Numbered from the stretch's first letter, positions 41,601-56,000 are shown. The stretch is 64,000 nucleotides of DNA from Geosiphon pyriformis uo1 (GCA_016748015.1 JAAOMT010000647.1:128880-192879), one strand, 5' to 3'. Numbers and translations: made by a program. Notes: generated by a model not told the origin, from the sequence alone.

Positions 41601-43357
41601 TAGAAAATTACAAAAACATTTTGGTACTATTCTTAACTCCTTGATAAAAGCACAAATAGTTGCTTTTGAAAAGATAAAACAGTTTCAAAAAAAGCTTAAA
41701 AAGAAGAAAATCTATAAAACACTTTCTTTAAGTATTGGTGACTTGGTATTGGAATATCATTTAAACAGAGATAATGTCTATGTTAATAAATTTTCTAGCC
41801 AATGGAAAAAACTTTTTATAGTCAACAAAGTTTTGAATAATAGTTCTTATATTTTTTAAGATCAATCTAAAACAATCTTCAATGATTATCCTGTTTATAG
41901 TACACAACTCAAAAAATATCATAAATGATTTGATTGGTTGCCTGTTGTGGTAATACCAATCCAAATAATCAGCAAAAATCAAGTATAAATAAATGCATTG
42001 TTTCCAAAACAGAAGTATCTTTAATTGCCATAAACAATTATTTTTTGAATCAAAACATTCAAAATGCTTTCTATGTTTTTCATGAGTATTGGATCAAAAA
42101 CTATTCAAATACTACTCTGACCATTGGAAAACAAACTACTATAACTGATAACAATAGAATATATACTGTTATTAAACCAAAAAAAAAGACTATTAGAAGA
42201 AAAAAAATTGGTAATAAAATAGATAAATATTTGTTAGAAAGTATAACAGCAGTTATACTCTCATTTTCTAACACAATTGGAAAAACAATCCAAGAAATTT
42301 TGCCTATAGACAAAAATTTGTTATATAAAAAACAATTAGAACTCTATAGTTGTCTTGGTAAAATCATAGAAGATATAAAACTCATGAAGAAAACAACTTC
42401 AAAGATACAGGCAGAAATTTTGAACATTATATAGTTAGATGTTTCAAGAGTTTTAACTATTGCTAAAAGAGCCAAAACTTTAATACAAAGATTTGGTCTT
42501 TTAGATACAAAACTCATTTCATTTCAAGTATTATATATCCTATTCACAAAAAACTTCAACAAACTAGTTAGTTTTAAGTTAGATAAAACTTTTTAAATAG
42601 ATTATACTATGAATAGCTTGATTTCACTAGAGCTCAATCTTTTTGAAGAGGATAATGTTATGATTAAAGCCTATACTTCTTATTAATTATTATATGTATT
42701 AACCACTGATGTTATATAATTAGCCATTCTATTTTTAGATAGTAATTATTGATCTGATTAATGATCTGACCATTGACCTAATCATTGACATGATCATTAA
42801 TCTAGTTATTAATCTAATCATTGACTATTTTTGATAGCTATATAAGCAATGAATTTTTTAGCTATAGAAAAGCATTTAAGAAAAAGAAATAAAAGAAATA
42901 AAATAACAACTTTATCTCAATTTTTTTCTTATTGCTAATTTTTTTTTCTCTATCTTCAAGTATCTGAACATCTTAAAGATAAAAGATTACTTATTGGTTA
43001 TTTTTTACTTTTTTCTTGAAACATGTAATTGTAACATTTGAAGATTATTGAATAAAATATAACTAAAGAGTACATCTGATATCTGATATTGAATTTTAAG
43101 AGTGCCAACATAAGGCATAGAATTATACTAGTATGTAATTATTTGTTGACAGTATAGACTATCTCTTTACCTTCAAATTCTCTGGTTATTTTTTGAAAAG
43201 TATAGTAACTGAAATATTTTATAAGACTGATCTTGCATATTGAATCCATACTCATTCAATTCGCTCTTTGAAGTTGAATTCTCTTTGATTCTTTTTTATT
43301 ACTCTACAATTCTGTTCTCTCTTACTATTTATTAACTTGTTGCTCCAACTTGTAACA
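35677..43357 (+). mobile_element. Full-length Gypsy family-2 copy G (7,681 bp)
   Basis: LTRs 35677-36342 and 42656-43357, perfect TSD GTAT, PBS TGGTGCTTTCTG ~36349, PPT TGAAGAGGATAA, integrase fragment 40898-41452. Confidence 0.96.
41925..42596 (+). pseudogene. ORF3 of copy G
   Basis: Near-identical to ORF3 of F; ATG 41925 overlaps the integrase stop; in-frame stops at 41931 and 42432. Confidence 0.75.
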
Positions 43358-46300
43358 GTATTGAAAGCTTTTTGTTGCACTTTATTTCATTCATATTTCA
43401 CATTTTTGGCTTGAAGCTGATAGAGTGGTTGGGCCAATTTGAAGAAGTTTTGAATAAAACAGCAATAATATCTAGTAAATCCCAAAAATGTTCATAGCTC
43501 CATTAAATTTGTTGGTACTAGAAAGTTTTTGACAATTTCAATCTTGTCTGAATCTGTTTTAATGCTGTTTTTGCTTACAACATGTTCTAAAAATTTCAAT
43601 TTCATTTTCCCAAAAAAGCACTTGGTTGCATTTAGTTTTAGTCCTGCTCTTTTTAATCTCTCAAACACTTGCTGAAAATAATAAAGATAATTATTAAATG
43701 TTTTTGAGAATACATTGGTATCATCCAGATAAATCACTACTAATTTTTACAACAGTCCAGTATAAACAATTTTCATTGGTCATTGGAAAGTGACTGGAGT
43801 ATTGGTTAAGCCAAATAACATTACTTCAAATTCAAAATTTTTTTTTTGTGGTGAATGCAGTTTTCTCTTTGTCTTTTAATTTCATGACTACTTGCCAGTA
43901 ACTACTATTTAAATCCAAAGTAGAAAATCATTTCTTCTCTCCAAAAACATCAAATAATTCTTAGATTTGTGGAGTTGAATAACTGTTTCCATGAGTAATA
44001 CTGTTGAGCTTTTTATAATTCACACAAAAACGGATTTTTTCATTTTTCTTATAGACTAGTACTACTGATAACAACCATAAATTCATTAATAGTTGAATTA
44101 ACCCATTGTCCAACATCTGGTTGATTTCTTATTGGATGATTTCATGGCTTGCTAATGGTACTCTGTATGCTTTTTGTTTAATTGGCATTGTATCTTCAAA
44201 CTTGATCTGGTGCTGAATAATGTCAGTTCTGCCAAATTTATTTTTACTAACAAAGATATCAGTAAAATTGTTAAGTAGCATTTTGAGTTGCATATGTTGT
44301 AATGGGTCTAGATTTTTCAAATTCATTTGTTTTAATTGTTCTGGCTAGAGCAAATAAAATTCTTCTTGTCCATATATTGTTTGTGATGTGATATTCACAT
44401 ATTCACAAAGTTGTGAAAAATTTGGAATAGTGTCTGGTGGTTGTTTTTCGACTTCAGTACTTAAATATCCTATGGTAGTTCTTTTTGGTATTTTAATAAT
44501 ATTTCCAGTTGTATTGTGGATAGGAATTTTTATGTGTTTAAGACTTTTGGCTAGTATGTAAAGATTGGTGAATTCAATCTTTCCTGATTTGCAAATTGTA
44601 GTTTCCACTTCAAAAATTTGAGCTTGATTCTTTATTTTCTTTTATATAACTAACATGTACTGGTTATATAGCAGAATGAAAATTGATTGATAAGTGGAGA
44701 TAATTTCTCTCTTGTCAATAACTTCTTCCTTTGCCATGTTAACTGGTACATCTATTCTACTTGTGGATCCAAATTCACTTATTCTTCTTGTTGTTATCCT
44801 TAATTTTTTCCTTTTTTTTATTAATACTAACTAAGTTATCTTAATCAGAAGTAAAAATATTGTCTGCTATTTTTTTATTTGGTTCAATAATATATTCTTT
44901 TTCCGAGTCATTTTGTAGCATTGTAATGATATTTCCTATGTATTTTGCATCAATTATTTCTCCTCTGATGTTGATTCTTTTCTTCACTAGATTACTCTTA
45001 AATGCTAGTTGAACTATTGTTATTGTTAGAATTTCTAATGCTATTTTTAGATCAATGCTTGTACATAAATGTGGTTCCAATTTGATGGCATTCTTCCTTG
45101 GATATCTCAGATCAAACCCTGTATTGGTATCATGCACATCTTCTGACATAATACTTTCATCATTATTACTGAACCATTTTAGTTTCTGTTCCTTGGAAAG
45201 ATCAAGGAATGCAATATATTGTTCTGGATTTGAATTGGAATCCAAATTGTTGTTATTAGTGTTGCCATTTTGGACTGAGCTGGAACTGTTGTTTTCATCA
45301 TTGTTACCAGTAAAATTTTAGTTATTAATTAGCATGAAATTACTCTTATAGTTCTTATTATTAATTAGCATATATGATTATTATTTCAATTATTACTTAT
45401 TATTTAATCAAATTAGCAATTATCATCATTTAATCAATAACCCGATTTGTATTATAGAAATTAATATGATCAAATTACACAATATCCTAAACCATGTAAC
45501 ATAATCAAAATTTGCCGAAATAATTAATAGTTTAATATAATAACTTGTAGTTCACCAAAATGTATCTTTAATTCACCAAAATTGTAGCAAAGAAAAAAGT
45601 ACAAGTTCAAAGACTAGTACTATAACAAGTTGTATAAAAAAAGAGCTTCTCTCTTTAAAAAAATGTATCTTCTCATATCTTACCATAATATCTTACTTTA
45701 AATATCTTAATTAGAACAAATCATCTTTTACAAAGTCAAATAAAAATTAAATATTCGAAAACCAAACCCTTAAATTATTACACTTAAAATTCTCTCAACA
45801 CAACTAACATTTTAAAATTGATTAGCTACCAATTTCAATAGACTGTTAATGATTCCAGGCCTGGATAGAAAACGTTTCTCTTAACAAAATTTTATTTCTT
45901 TTATATTTCTTTTATTTTTTATTTTTTTTCTTATCATAATTATTAGGTTAGTCTACAGATAAGATTTCTGTAAAAAAGTTGGCTTTCACAGCAAAGTAAC
46001 TACACATTTTTAGTAAGCTTCCAGATAAGTAATTCCTGAGAAAGAGTTGATTTTTACTACAATGTAATTACATAAAGTAACTGGTATAAAATTGGCCATT
46101 CTATGTATAAGCCCAGCAGTTCAAATTATAGGAAATAATTTGAAGATAAATTCAGTTATGAAAGGTTCAACCACTTTCTGAGAATGTGAATTCACAGCAA
46201 ATAAACATTAACAACATTCAAGAAAAAAAACCAAAAACCTTCAGTAACATTTGGTGCTCTCCTATGGAAATAACACAGTAATAATAACTTCAAAGCGGCG

Positions 46301-49300
46301 ACCACACCAGACACAACAATTCTAGAGTATTATCAGTCAATTTACACCCACTGCAAGCAAAGATTCAACATCCAAAACGGAATTGAAATTTTCAAGAAAT
46401 CATTATACCAATACATTGAAAACTGCATCAACAATTATCTTTTTGGAAACTACAATATCTCAAAAGTTAAAAGCAATCTTTACAATAATTTATTGTACTA
46501 TTTACAATTGAAAACTGAAGATATTAATAATGAAACACTTGATACCTACTTCCAAGAACTTAACTTTAATATTATCCAGTATTGTAAAGAAAAATATCCA
46601 GTACAGTCTAAATACTTCATTGATCTTGAATCAGAAACAGAAACAAGCAACAAAAACAAACAAAAACTAAAGCAACACTCAAGTACCACCTTAAACACTC
46701 CAAAAACACTAAAGATAACTACCAAACACTTGCAGATTTCAGAACAAAGAACCAGTATCAGACTTCCATTCTCATTCACACTATTTTCAATTTTATTTGT
46801 TTAACCACAAACACCAAATTTACCACTTATCCATTTCGCAAGACTAAAAGATTTTCAGTCATTTAAAAGCTCTACTCAATAGCAAAAACCAATATCAACC
46901 AGCACCAATCTTTTTGATTACTTGGAAAAAAATCAAAGTCATTATTCAGAGAACTTAGAAAGTAAAAAAACTGAATCAAAACAAAAAAAAACTACCAAAA
47001 ACAAAAAAGAAATGACAACTGCTTACATTGCAAAAATTCTAGAATTCACTAGTAAAGATAATAATACCAGCCCTCAAAAATGGCTTGATAAAGTCCAGAA
47101 AACAAGAGATGCAAACAGATAGAATGGTACAAGAATGCTTAAAGCTATACCTTATTTTCTTCAAAAAACAGCAAATAAATAGTTTGAAAACCTAGAAAAA
47201 CTTTTTGAAAACTGGCAAGCATTCAAAGATGCTTTTTTATAACAATTCACTGACAACAACATCTCTATCACTCTCTGAAACTGCTTTTGCAATATTAAAT
47301 AAGAAACATCTGAAACTGTCATGATCTATCTTGAGAGATTCAATAAACTTCTTAGACAAATTTAACAATTAGAAACCAATAACTACTATTCCAATGCCCA
47401 AATTCTGAATCAGTTTATAGCAGGATTAAAAGACAAATTAATTAAGAAAGTTTGTCCACATGTTTTAGTAGACTTAAAAACTGCCATTAAACATACAAAA
47501 AACTATGAAATGGCAATAAAAAAAGCAAATCACACCAAACTTGTAAACTTAGCAATTGAAAAAACCAGCTCAGCAGCTGAAAAGAAAATTAACCAACTTA
47601 CAAAGAAGGTTGAAAGTTATTTTACCAGCCAACAACAACAGCAACAATCATAAAGATACTAGCCACCTCAATGACACAACCAAAATAATTACACTTCAGC
47701 ATCCAACAACCAACCACAAAACTGTTACTATTATAGAATTCTAGAACATTAAAAACAAGACTGCAAAAAATTACAAAAAGACCAATAAAACAGAAGTAAT
47801 CAACATTACCCTTTACTATAACAATCTTATTATCAACTTTTACTACCAATTTATTACTCATTAAGACCACAAAATCAGAACAATTACTATCAATCTGCTC
47901 CACAATCAATACAGCAATAATATTAACAATCTTTACCAATTCAGCAATATCAAACACCATTTACACAATAATATTAAATACTTGTGCAAAAATTGGTTCA
48001 CCAAAACTAATTTACATCTTAAAATCGATTCCAAAATAATAACAACAGAATTAACTCAAACAACCAGTTGGTTTCCCAAAATTCTGGCCAGTAAAGACCC
48101 AATTAATACCACACTTAATCCAGTTATTTCACAATGCCAGAAGAATCAAATTTTTAGCAAACTGCACTTTTTGAAGGAAAAGCTGCAGCACTAAGATTAA
48201 ACCCTTTTAACAATACTATTCCACCATCCCAAATTGCCCAAAATACCAATTTCTCAGATATATTCCCATTTAAATTTAAAGCAAATGAATTACCATTCTT
48301 GCTTAGCAATACAGCAGTCAATAAACAAAAAGCAATTACAGCAATATATACTGAAGCTAAAGTTGAAGGAAAACCTATTTGGTTAATTCTAGACAGTAGA
48401 TCAACTGGAAGTATCATCATCTACCAATTAATATAACAACTCAATCAAAATATTAACAGACCAGCCCAAATAATAATTGTTATAACAGATAATATAAAAA
48501 AAACACCAGTAGAAAAAATTGACAACTTTTTATTTACTATTGATGGAATTACTATTCTAGTTAAAGTTTTAGTTATGGATACACTTCAATACTAAGCTTT
48601 TGTCAGAAATGATTGGCTTATTAAGGCCAATGCAAATTTATATTAAGAAACCCAGAAATTGAAAATTTTATACCAAAGACAATATACCAGAGTACCTACC
48701 ATCTATGGTACTTTTAATAAAAAATTTGAAAAAGCCCCCATATTTAAATTTAAAAAGGAAAAAGAACTACCAATTACTAAAACTTTTATGGCTCTTGGAT
48801 TAACATCCAATTGAGCTAAGAAAACAGAACAAAAAATTTTTAAAAAAACCAGAAAATAAAATGTTGTTTGATACTTTACATCAGAACCAAGAAAACAACC
48901 ATCTTACATCCTACTTAAATGCAAAGATTGCAACAAGAAACTTTTATCAATGGGGGCATGTATTTCTTCAAAAGAGGAATATGAAATTTGTACTTGTTAC
49001 TACTGTAAAGCATGCCATAGAGAACGATTTGGATATTCCAAATGAAGTGGAAAATAGAACAACATTCCTTGTTTGACATGTGGAAATATGCTATCAGAAG
49101 AATACAACTGGATTGATGTTGCAATAAAAGGAGGAGTATGTGATCAAACCTGCCAATATGCCTTATTAATTTCGAAAAAAGTCAAAAGAGGAACACTCTT
49201 TGATGCAGCATACAACAGTACTCTCAACAAACTCTACTACTACCCTTATAATGCTGAAATAATCTTTGACTTAGCAATGACTTTAATCAATAGAGCCATA

Positions 49301-49678
49301 CAAGAAAATATCTGCCAAATGAAAAAAGCTAAATATATTGAGTACACAATAGAATTAGCTGAATTTAACTATAAAGATAAAGTAAAAACCTATCATTAAA
49401 TCACAAGTTATGCTTATCCAATCAAAGAAGCTCAAATTCAATGATTAAAGCAAATGAACATTCAACTATGTGAAGAATACATCATGTCTTGTGATAACCA
49501 ATGGTGTCCAGAATGTTATGCAATTAGCATCCTTCTGCCCAGCAAAAATGATAAATATGAAATTGAATTTGGAGAACCTGAAACAAAAAAAGAAATTGCA
49601 ACAACACTAATCTATCTTATCAAGAATCAACTAGCTCTACAACTTAAATACTTTAACAATAATGGTCAAGAAATTAAA

Positions 49679-50070
49679 CCAGAAAAAGCCCATAATATAG
49701 ATGCTGAATATGATCTACAATACCCAGGAAAAAATATTTTGGTTCTCCAACCAAAATCTTTAACAAAAATCAATTTCAGAATTGCTCTTAAAATACCACC
49801 AAAAGCAATGATTTAAATTGCATTCAAATCATTATTGGCAAGCAAAAAAATCAATATTAGAAGAAAAATCATAGATGCAGAATACACTAAAAATATTACA
49901 ATCATGCTACAGAATAAAACTGACAAACCATTCAAAATTGAACATGCACAAAAAATTGCTCAAGCTATTTATCTACCCCTAATTAACATTTCGAATTAAC
50001 AATCAGTTAACAACAGAAAACAATTAGAAAAAAGTGGAAAAGAAACTCAAGATTTTGATTCAACTGGATG
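49679..50070 (+). pseudogene. dUTPase domain of copy H
   Basis: PEKAHNIDAEYDL, AFKSLLA, IIDAEYT, KIAQAIY, TQDFDSTG. Confidence 0.87.
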
Positions 50071-50399
50071 ATTTACAGTTTCAGTAAACATAGCTCTTAA
50101 TACACAAAGTGAATCTTATCAGATTTTTCAACTTCCTCAACCAATTACCATTTTATCTTTTGGAAAACATCACAAATCTACACTTGCTCAAAACCTATTA
50201 CTACTCAACAAATCTTTAAATCCAATGAACAAATCTGTTCAAAACATAAAATCTCAATCTCAAATGTCTACATACCAAAAAGAATGAAAAAATTTCAAGT
50301 TACTTTTTACAATTTTAACAACTATCTTATTGTTTTATTAAACAAATTAAAAATTAGAATCATATATAGCAATATCTTTCAAAATAAAAACTTTTAGAT

Positions 50400-51266
50400 T
50401 GTTAGTATTACAGTTTAAGAATTTAATAGGAATTATAAATAATATAAATTAGCCAATCATAAAATAGCACAGCAACAATTTATAAAAAGAAATAATTTAC
50501 AAATAACAGCAAGCACTACTGTGCAATAGCAGCAAGCACTATTTTACAATAGCAGTAAGCACTATCATGCAAAAGCAGCAAGCACTATCATGCAAAAACA
50601 GCAAGCACTATTTTACAATAGCAGCAAGCACTATTTAAAAATAATGGAAATAAAGTATTACAAGACATTATTTTGAAAAACAATAATTATATATATATAC
50701 AATAGTTTTAATAATGAAAAATAAAACAGCTTTAACTCAAAGCAATAAATATCTAAATAAAATCTTATTCAAAAAGAATTAATAAAAATAATAAATTAAA
50801 TTAATATTACAATTACAAGATTAACAATAGAATTCACATACCCTCTCTAGCAAATGAAACTATCATTCTATCTTTGAACTCTTTAGAAGAATAATCTCTG
50901 ATCAAGATTATTTATGTAGTTACTAATTAAATTGAAAAAGCTTTATTATATATATAAAAAAATTGCAAAAAGACCATTAACATTCCATGTTTTTAGATTA
51001 GAGAAACATATCAGACAATTGCAAAAATAGCCTCAGAAAAGACTTCAAACTGTGGATAGATTTCAGATTAACCTCTGGGAAAGAGTACACAACATACAAA
51101 GACAACTAAAATTAAAGAAAAGACTTACATTACAACATTAAGAGAAAATCTTCAGTATATTATCATTAATATTCAACACATAAAATTGAGAAACTCACAA
51201 GAGACTGATTACAATTAAAACAGAATATCAACAATTAAAATATACCAAAAAAACACTTTCATAACA
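50400..51266 (+). repeat. Probable solo LTR of a fourth family inside H pol
   Basis: TGTTAG...ATAACA ends, ATATAAATTAGCCAATCA box shared with family 1, tandem array and TATA-like run. H coding resumes after it. No clean TSD. Confidence 0.7.
50505..50636. repeat. ~23-bp tandem repeat (AGCAGCAAGCACTAT...) x ~6
   Basis: Directly visible. Confidence 0.9.
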
Positions 51267-54217
51267 TCAGCAATTTTATTAAAATTGTAAGACATATACT
51301 ACTCCCAAATCCAAACATCATCTCTACTACTGAAAACTACCACCTTTTGGAAGAAAACCTATCTTGAATCAACATGGGTTTCTTAAAACCTCTACAACAA
51401 AAACAATTGAAACAATTGATAGCTGAATTTGCTGATATATTTGCAAAAAACAACAATGATCTAGGAAAAACTAATATTGTTTAACATCAGATATACACAA
51501 AAGATGTTCTGCCAAAATGTCAACAAGCCTATTGAGTACTATCTATTAGCCACCAATTTTTCAGAGAAAAGATCCAAAAAATGCTCAATAATGGATTAAT
51601 TCAACCATCAAAAAGTCTATAGGCCTTATTAGTAGTCCTTGTCAAAAAGAAAAATGGAAAAATTAGATTTTGTGTTGATTATTAACAATTGAATAATGTT
51701 ATAATTAGAGATATCTACCCTTTTCCAAGAATTGATAACATGCTAAATGCTCTAGAAAAAGCCAAGTTTTTCTCAACTTTAGACTTGGAAAGTGGATACT
51801 GACAAGTCGAAATGGACCCAAAAGATCGACCCAAAACAGCATTTACCATTCAGAGAAAAAACTACAAATTTAATGTTATGTCTTTTGGACTTTGTAATGC
51901 ACTAACAACATTCCAATGACTTATAGATATTGTATATGAAAGACTTTTATAACAATTAGTAGTTGTTTACTTTGATAACATTAATATATACTTATCAAGC
52001 TTTGAAGCTTATCTTATCTACCTGTAAAAAGATTTTCAATGATTATGGAAAGCAAGATTTAAGTTGAATATTGAGAAATATTACTTTGGAAAAACAAGTT
52101 TAATTTTTCTTGGACACATTGTTAGCAAAGATGAAGTCAAACCAAATTCTAAAACAATCAGTGCTGTTAAAAACTTTTAAACTCCCAAAAATATCACAGA
52201 ACTATGAGAATTTGTAAATTTAGCCTCCTATTATCAGAAATTCATTAAAAGATTCTTAAAATTGCTAAACCACTCAATTATTTTACCAACAAAAACATAC
52301 CATACCAATAGACTGAAAAGCAATAGAAAGCCTTTGAAACTTTCAAAACAAAATTAACAACAGCCCCAGTTTTTGCTTATCCAAACTTTAACAAATAATT
52401 CCAATTATTTATTGATGTTTTACATATAACATTTGGTACTATCTTATTATAATTAGATGAAAATGACCAGGAACAAGTCATTGCCTATACCAGTAGGACA
52501 CTTAAACCAACAGAACTCAAATATGGCTCAACCAAATTAGAAGCCACTATAGTCATTTAAGCTTTTAAACACTTTCAATAATACCTGAAAAATAGAAAAG
52601 AATTTGATATTATAACTAACAATATTGGTCTCAAATGGCTCAATAAAAAGAAGACAGAACAAAGTGCCAAACAGTCTTAATAGAATAATTTTTTAGCAGA
52701 CTACAAATACATTGTACATTACAAATCAAGAAAACTATACACCAATATTGATAGTCTTTCAAGAATAAGACAAAATTAATACTAACAGCAACACTATCAC
52801 AACTTAACAACCTATTAACAAAAATAACCAAACAACAATAGATCCCAGAAATTACAACAATATCAAAAACTATTTGGAAACTCTTACCATGTCAGAAAAT
52901 TGGTCTCCAAGTAAAAAGCATCGATTACAACACCAATTAAAACAATATTTCATATACTACAACAAAATCTATTATAAAAATTACAGAAATCTAAACCAAT
53001 TACTCAGATTAGTACAAGAAAATGAAAAAGAAACAATCCTATACAACATGTATACAAATCTATTTGCAGCACACTTGGGAAGAGATAGAATAATTCAAAG
53101 AACCCTTAAACATTATTTCTGGTCTCACATGCAAAAAAACATTTGACAATATGTTAAATCTTGTGATAGTTGTCAAAGAAGGGAGAAACTCACTCTATAA
53201 AACCTTTAAATCCAATCAAAGTTGGACAAATTTTTGACAGAGTTGAAATTGATTTAATCGGATCATTACTTATCACAACCTAAAGAAATTATTATATTGC
53301 AGTTGCAGTAGATTATCTTACCAAATAGTCTGAAGCTAAAGTCATCTAAAGAGCAGATGCAAAATCAGTAGCAAATTTTATCTATGAAGACATTATTTGT
53401 AGACATGGATGCCTAATTGAACTTTTATTTGATCAAAAAACATATTTTGTGAACAACTCAATACAAGAAATTTGTGAATAATTCAATGTCAAAAAACCTC
53501 TATTATTACCTTATTACTTCCAAACAAATGGACTTGTAGAATGTTTCAACAGAATATTGTGTAAATTTTTAGCCAAAGTCTTAACTGACTTTGAACAAGA
53601 ATGAGATATCTTTATTCTATTAATGTTACTAGCATACAGAATACTAAAACAAGATACTATGAAACACATACTATTTGATTTGACTTATAAAAGGACAACA
53701 ATATTACCAATTAATTTCACAGTAAAAACATATCCAGTACAACTAATTAATAAAAAAACTTTCAAAAAACACTCTAAAGAAGAGTCTATACTCTTTTTAG
53801 TACACTAAAAGAAAAAAGATGGATAGCAGCAACTCATATTGAATACTTTTAAGCTCAACAAAAAAAAAGACATTACAACAAATTACCACCAGTTACCAAT
53901 GAATTTAAAGTTGAAAATAAAGTTCTCTTACACAAAACTAAGGCTAAAAAAGAATAGAGTAGAAAATTTGAAAACAAATAGAATGGACCATTTTATATTC
54001 ACGAAATTCTAGGCAATAAATCATAAAAATTAAGACTTAATAACAAAGTACTAGCAAAAGTTGCACATAAAGATTAATTGAAACACTATTATTTCAGAAA
54101 CAATCCTGAACTATTAATTCCACAAATTGGTATATATTCTTTTTTAATTAATTCTGAGGATATTTCCCAAAATTTAGAACCAATAATTATAATAGAACAA
54201 TAACCAAATTTAAATAC

Positions 54218-55155
54218 TATTACTTGAAAAAAAAAAGCTTATCAAAGAAAGAAAGAAAAATATGATCTAAAAAAACATGAAAGAATACAAAATAATATAC
54301 AATAATATTAAATAATGTGTTATAATATAAGATAACATGTTATAAGGCAAAATAATACAAAATAACATATTATAACATAAGATAATCTGTTATAATGCAG
54401 GATAACACAGAATAATATGTAATAATGTCAGATAATGTATTATAATATAGGATAATTAGTTATAACATAAAAAAACAAAATAATAGCTAGTAAGAACAGA
54501 TGATCCAAAGCAATCCTGTAAAACTAAAAAATATGTATATATAGCAGTAGTACTAGAAGCAGAAAAGACAGAATCTCCAAACAGAAATTTATTAGTTACT
54601 ATTTCCTATTTAGAAACCATATCATTTCAAATATCAATAAATATATTTATTCAGCATCTCAAATCTAATTGCTTGCTATCAACTCTAAATATTGATAGTA
54701 ATTGATACTTAAACCACACAAAAACAATAGCTCTTGATCATGACTATTAACAAGATACTAACTTGTATTGCCTTGGCTTAATTTTTTTTATTTTATCTTC
54801 TTTTATTTTTTTGTATTTTGTTGGTGGTTTACTAAACTTTTTAAGGATTAAGCATTGAGTTATTGATGTCAAGAATTGCTTGGTAAAAGACTCTTGTGAA
54901 TGGGTAAAATGTGTAAGAATTATAAATTGCTTACCAGAGGATTGCTGGCCACTAAGCTGAGAAAAAAATTGACAGAATTGTGATTCTGGGAAGCTACAAA
55001 TAAAATAACACAGAAATCTCTGTTCATTATACAAAAAACTCAATCAAAACCTTCAGAATGCAAAAACCTTCAGATTATTACCATCTCATATTAATTAAGC
55101 ACTAAGTTATGAGTTTGTTATTTATTCTAACTACTCAAATAATTCACTTATAACA
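54218..55155 (+). repeat. Solo LTR, family-1-type 3' half with a different U3 array
   Basis: TATTACT...TATAACA; TSD ATAC/ACAC; ~20-bp GATAACATGTTATAA-type repeats at 54290-54470. Confidence 0.88.
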
Positions 55156-55365
55156 ACACTTAATTTAACATATTTTTACAATAATTTTTTTAATAACACA
55201 CCGAAAACAGAAAACAAAAATAGTAAATAATTACAAAAAACACCCAAATCCAAAAACAAATAAAAAACCCCATACTTAAAAATAATTTTCTTTATTCTTT
55301 TTTTTTAGTTAGTTACTTTTATCACGATTATTCTCTGAAATATCTAACAAATATCCCAAAAATTA

Positions 55366-56000
55366 ATGTTAGTTTTGAAAACACTTCCTGACTTATTCAT
55401 AACGATTAATAAAAGTCAAATTAGTTATATTCAAAAAGAAACCACAGCTTCAGTATTAAACAATTCTCTGAATTATCACTTTTATAGAAAAAACACTAAA
55501 AATTACACTAAAAATCAATTACCAGAACTTTTAAAACAAGGTTTAAAAAAAAACCTCTTATTTGTCCCTATAAACATTTTACCAAATGCCACAATTCAAC
55601 AAAAACTTTTACTATTTCTTAATGAACAGAACAATAAACATACCCTTATTTATAGATATTTTCATATTGGAAAGACACTTTATGAATAAAAACTGGAACT
55701 TGAAGCAACAAACCTCACTCCTAAAACAATACAAAAACAAATTTACAATAAATTCAAGACAACAGCTGGACCAACAAATACTTACTACAAACTTAGAACA
55801 GCTTTTAGATTTTATGATTTGTTTAATACTTGCAAAAATGTCCTACAAAATCCAATACTACAATTGATGAAAATTCAATATATTGGCAAACTCACAAAAC
55901 TGAAATTTTAACAATTTTCAGACCAGATTACTTTAATTATATTGGATTATTATCTTAACATCACAAATAATGCTTGGACTTTGATAAAGCTCAGTCTTAA
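55366..56000 (+). pseudogene. ORF3 of copy H (~210 codons)
   Basis: Frame continues past TAA 55687 through YYKLRTAFRFYDLF...IQYIGKLTKLKF. Confidence 0.72.

Noticed and set aside
25920-43357. F+G as terminal inverted repeats of one giant DNA transposon or a fold-back artefact
   Set aside because: Each has its own LTR pair and TSD, they differ at many sites, and host D is colinear across both.
50505-50636. Regular repeat arrays (also 54290-54470 and 62335-62520) as CRISPR
   Set aside because: Tandem units with no unique spacers, no cas genes, and all lie within LTR U3 regions of eukaryotic TEs.
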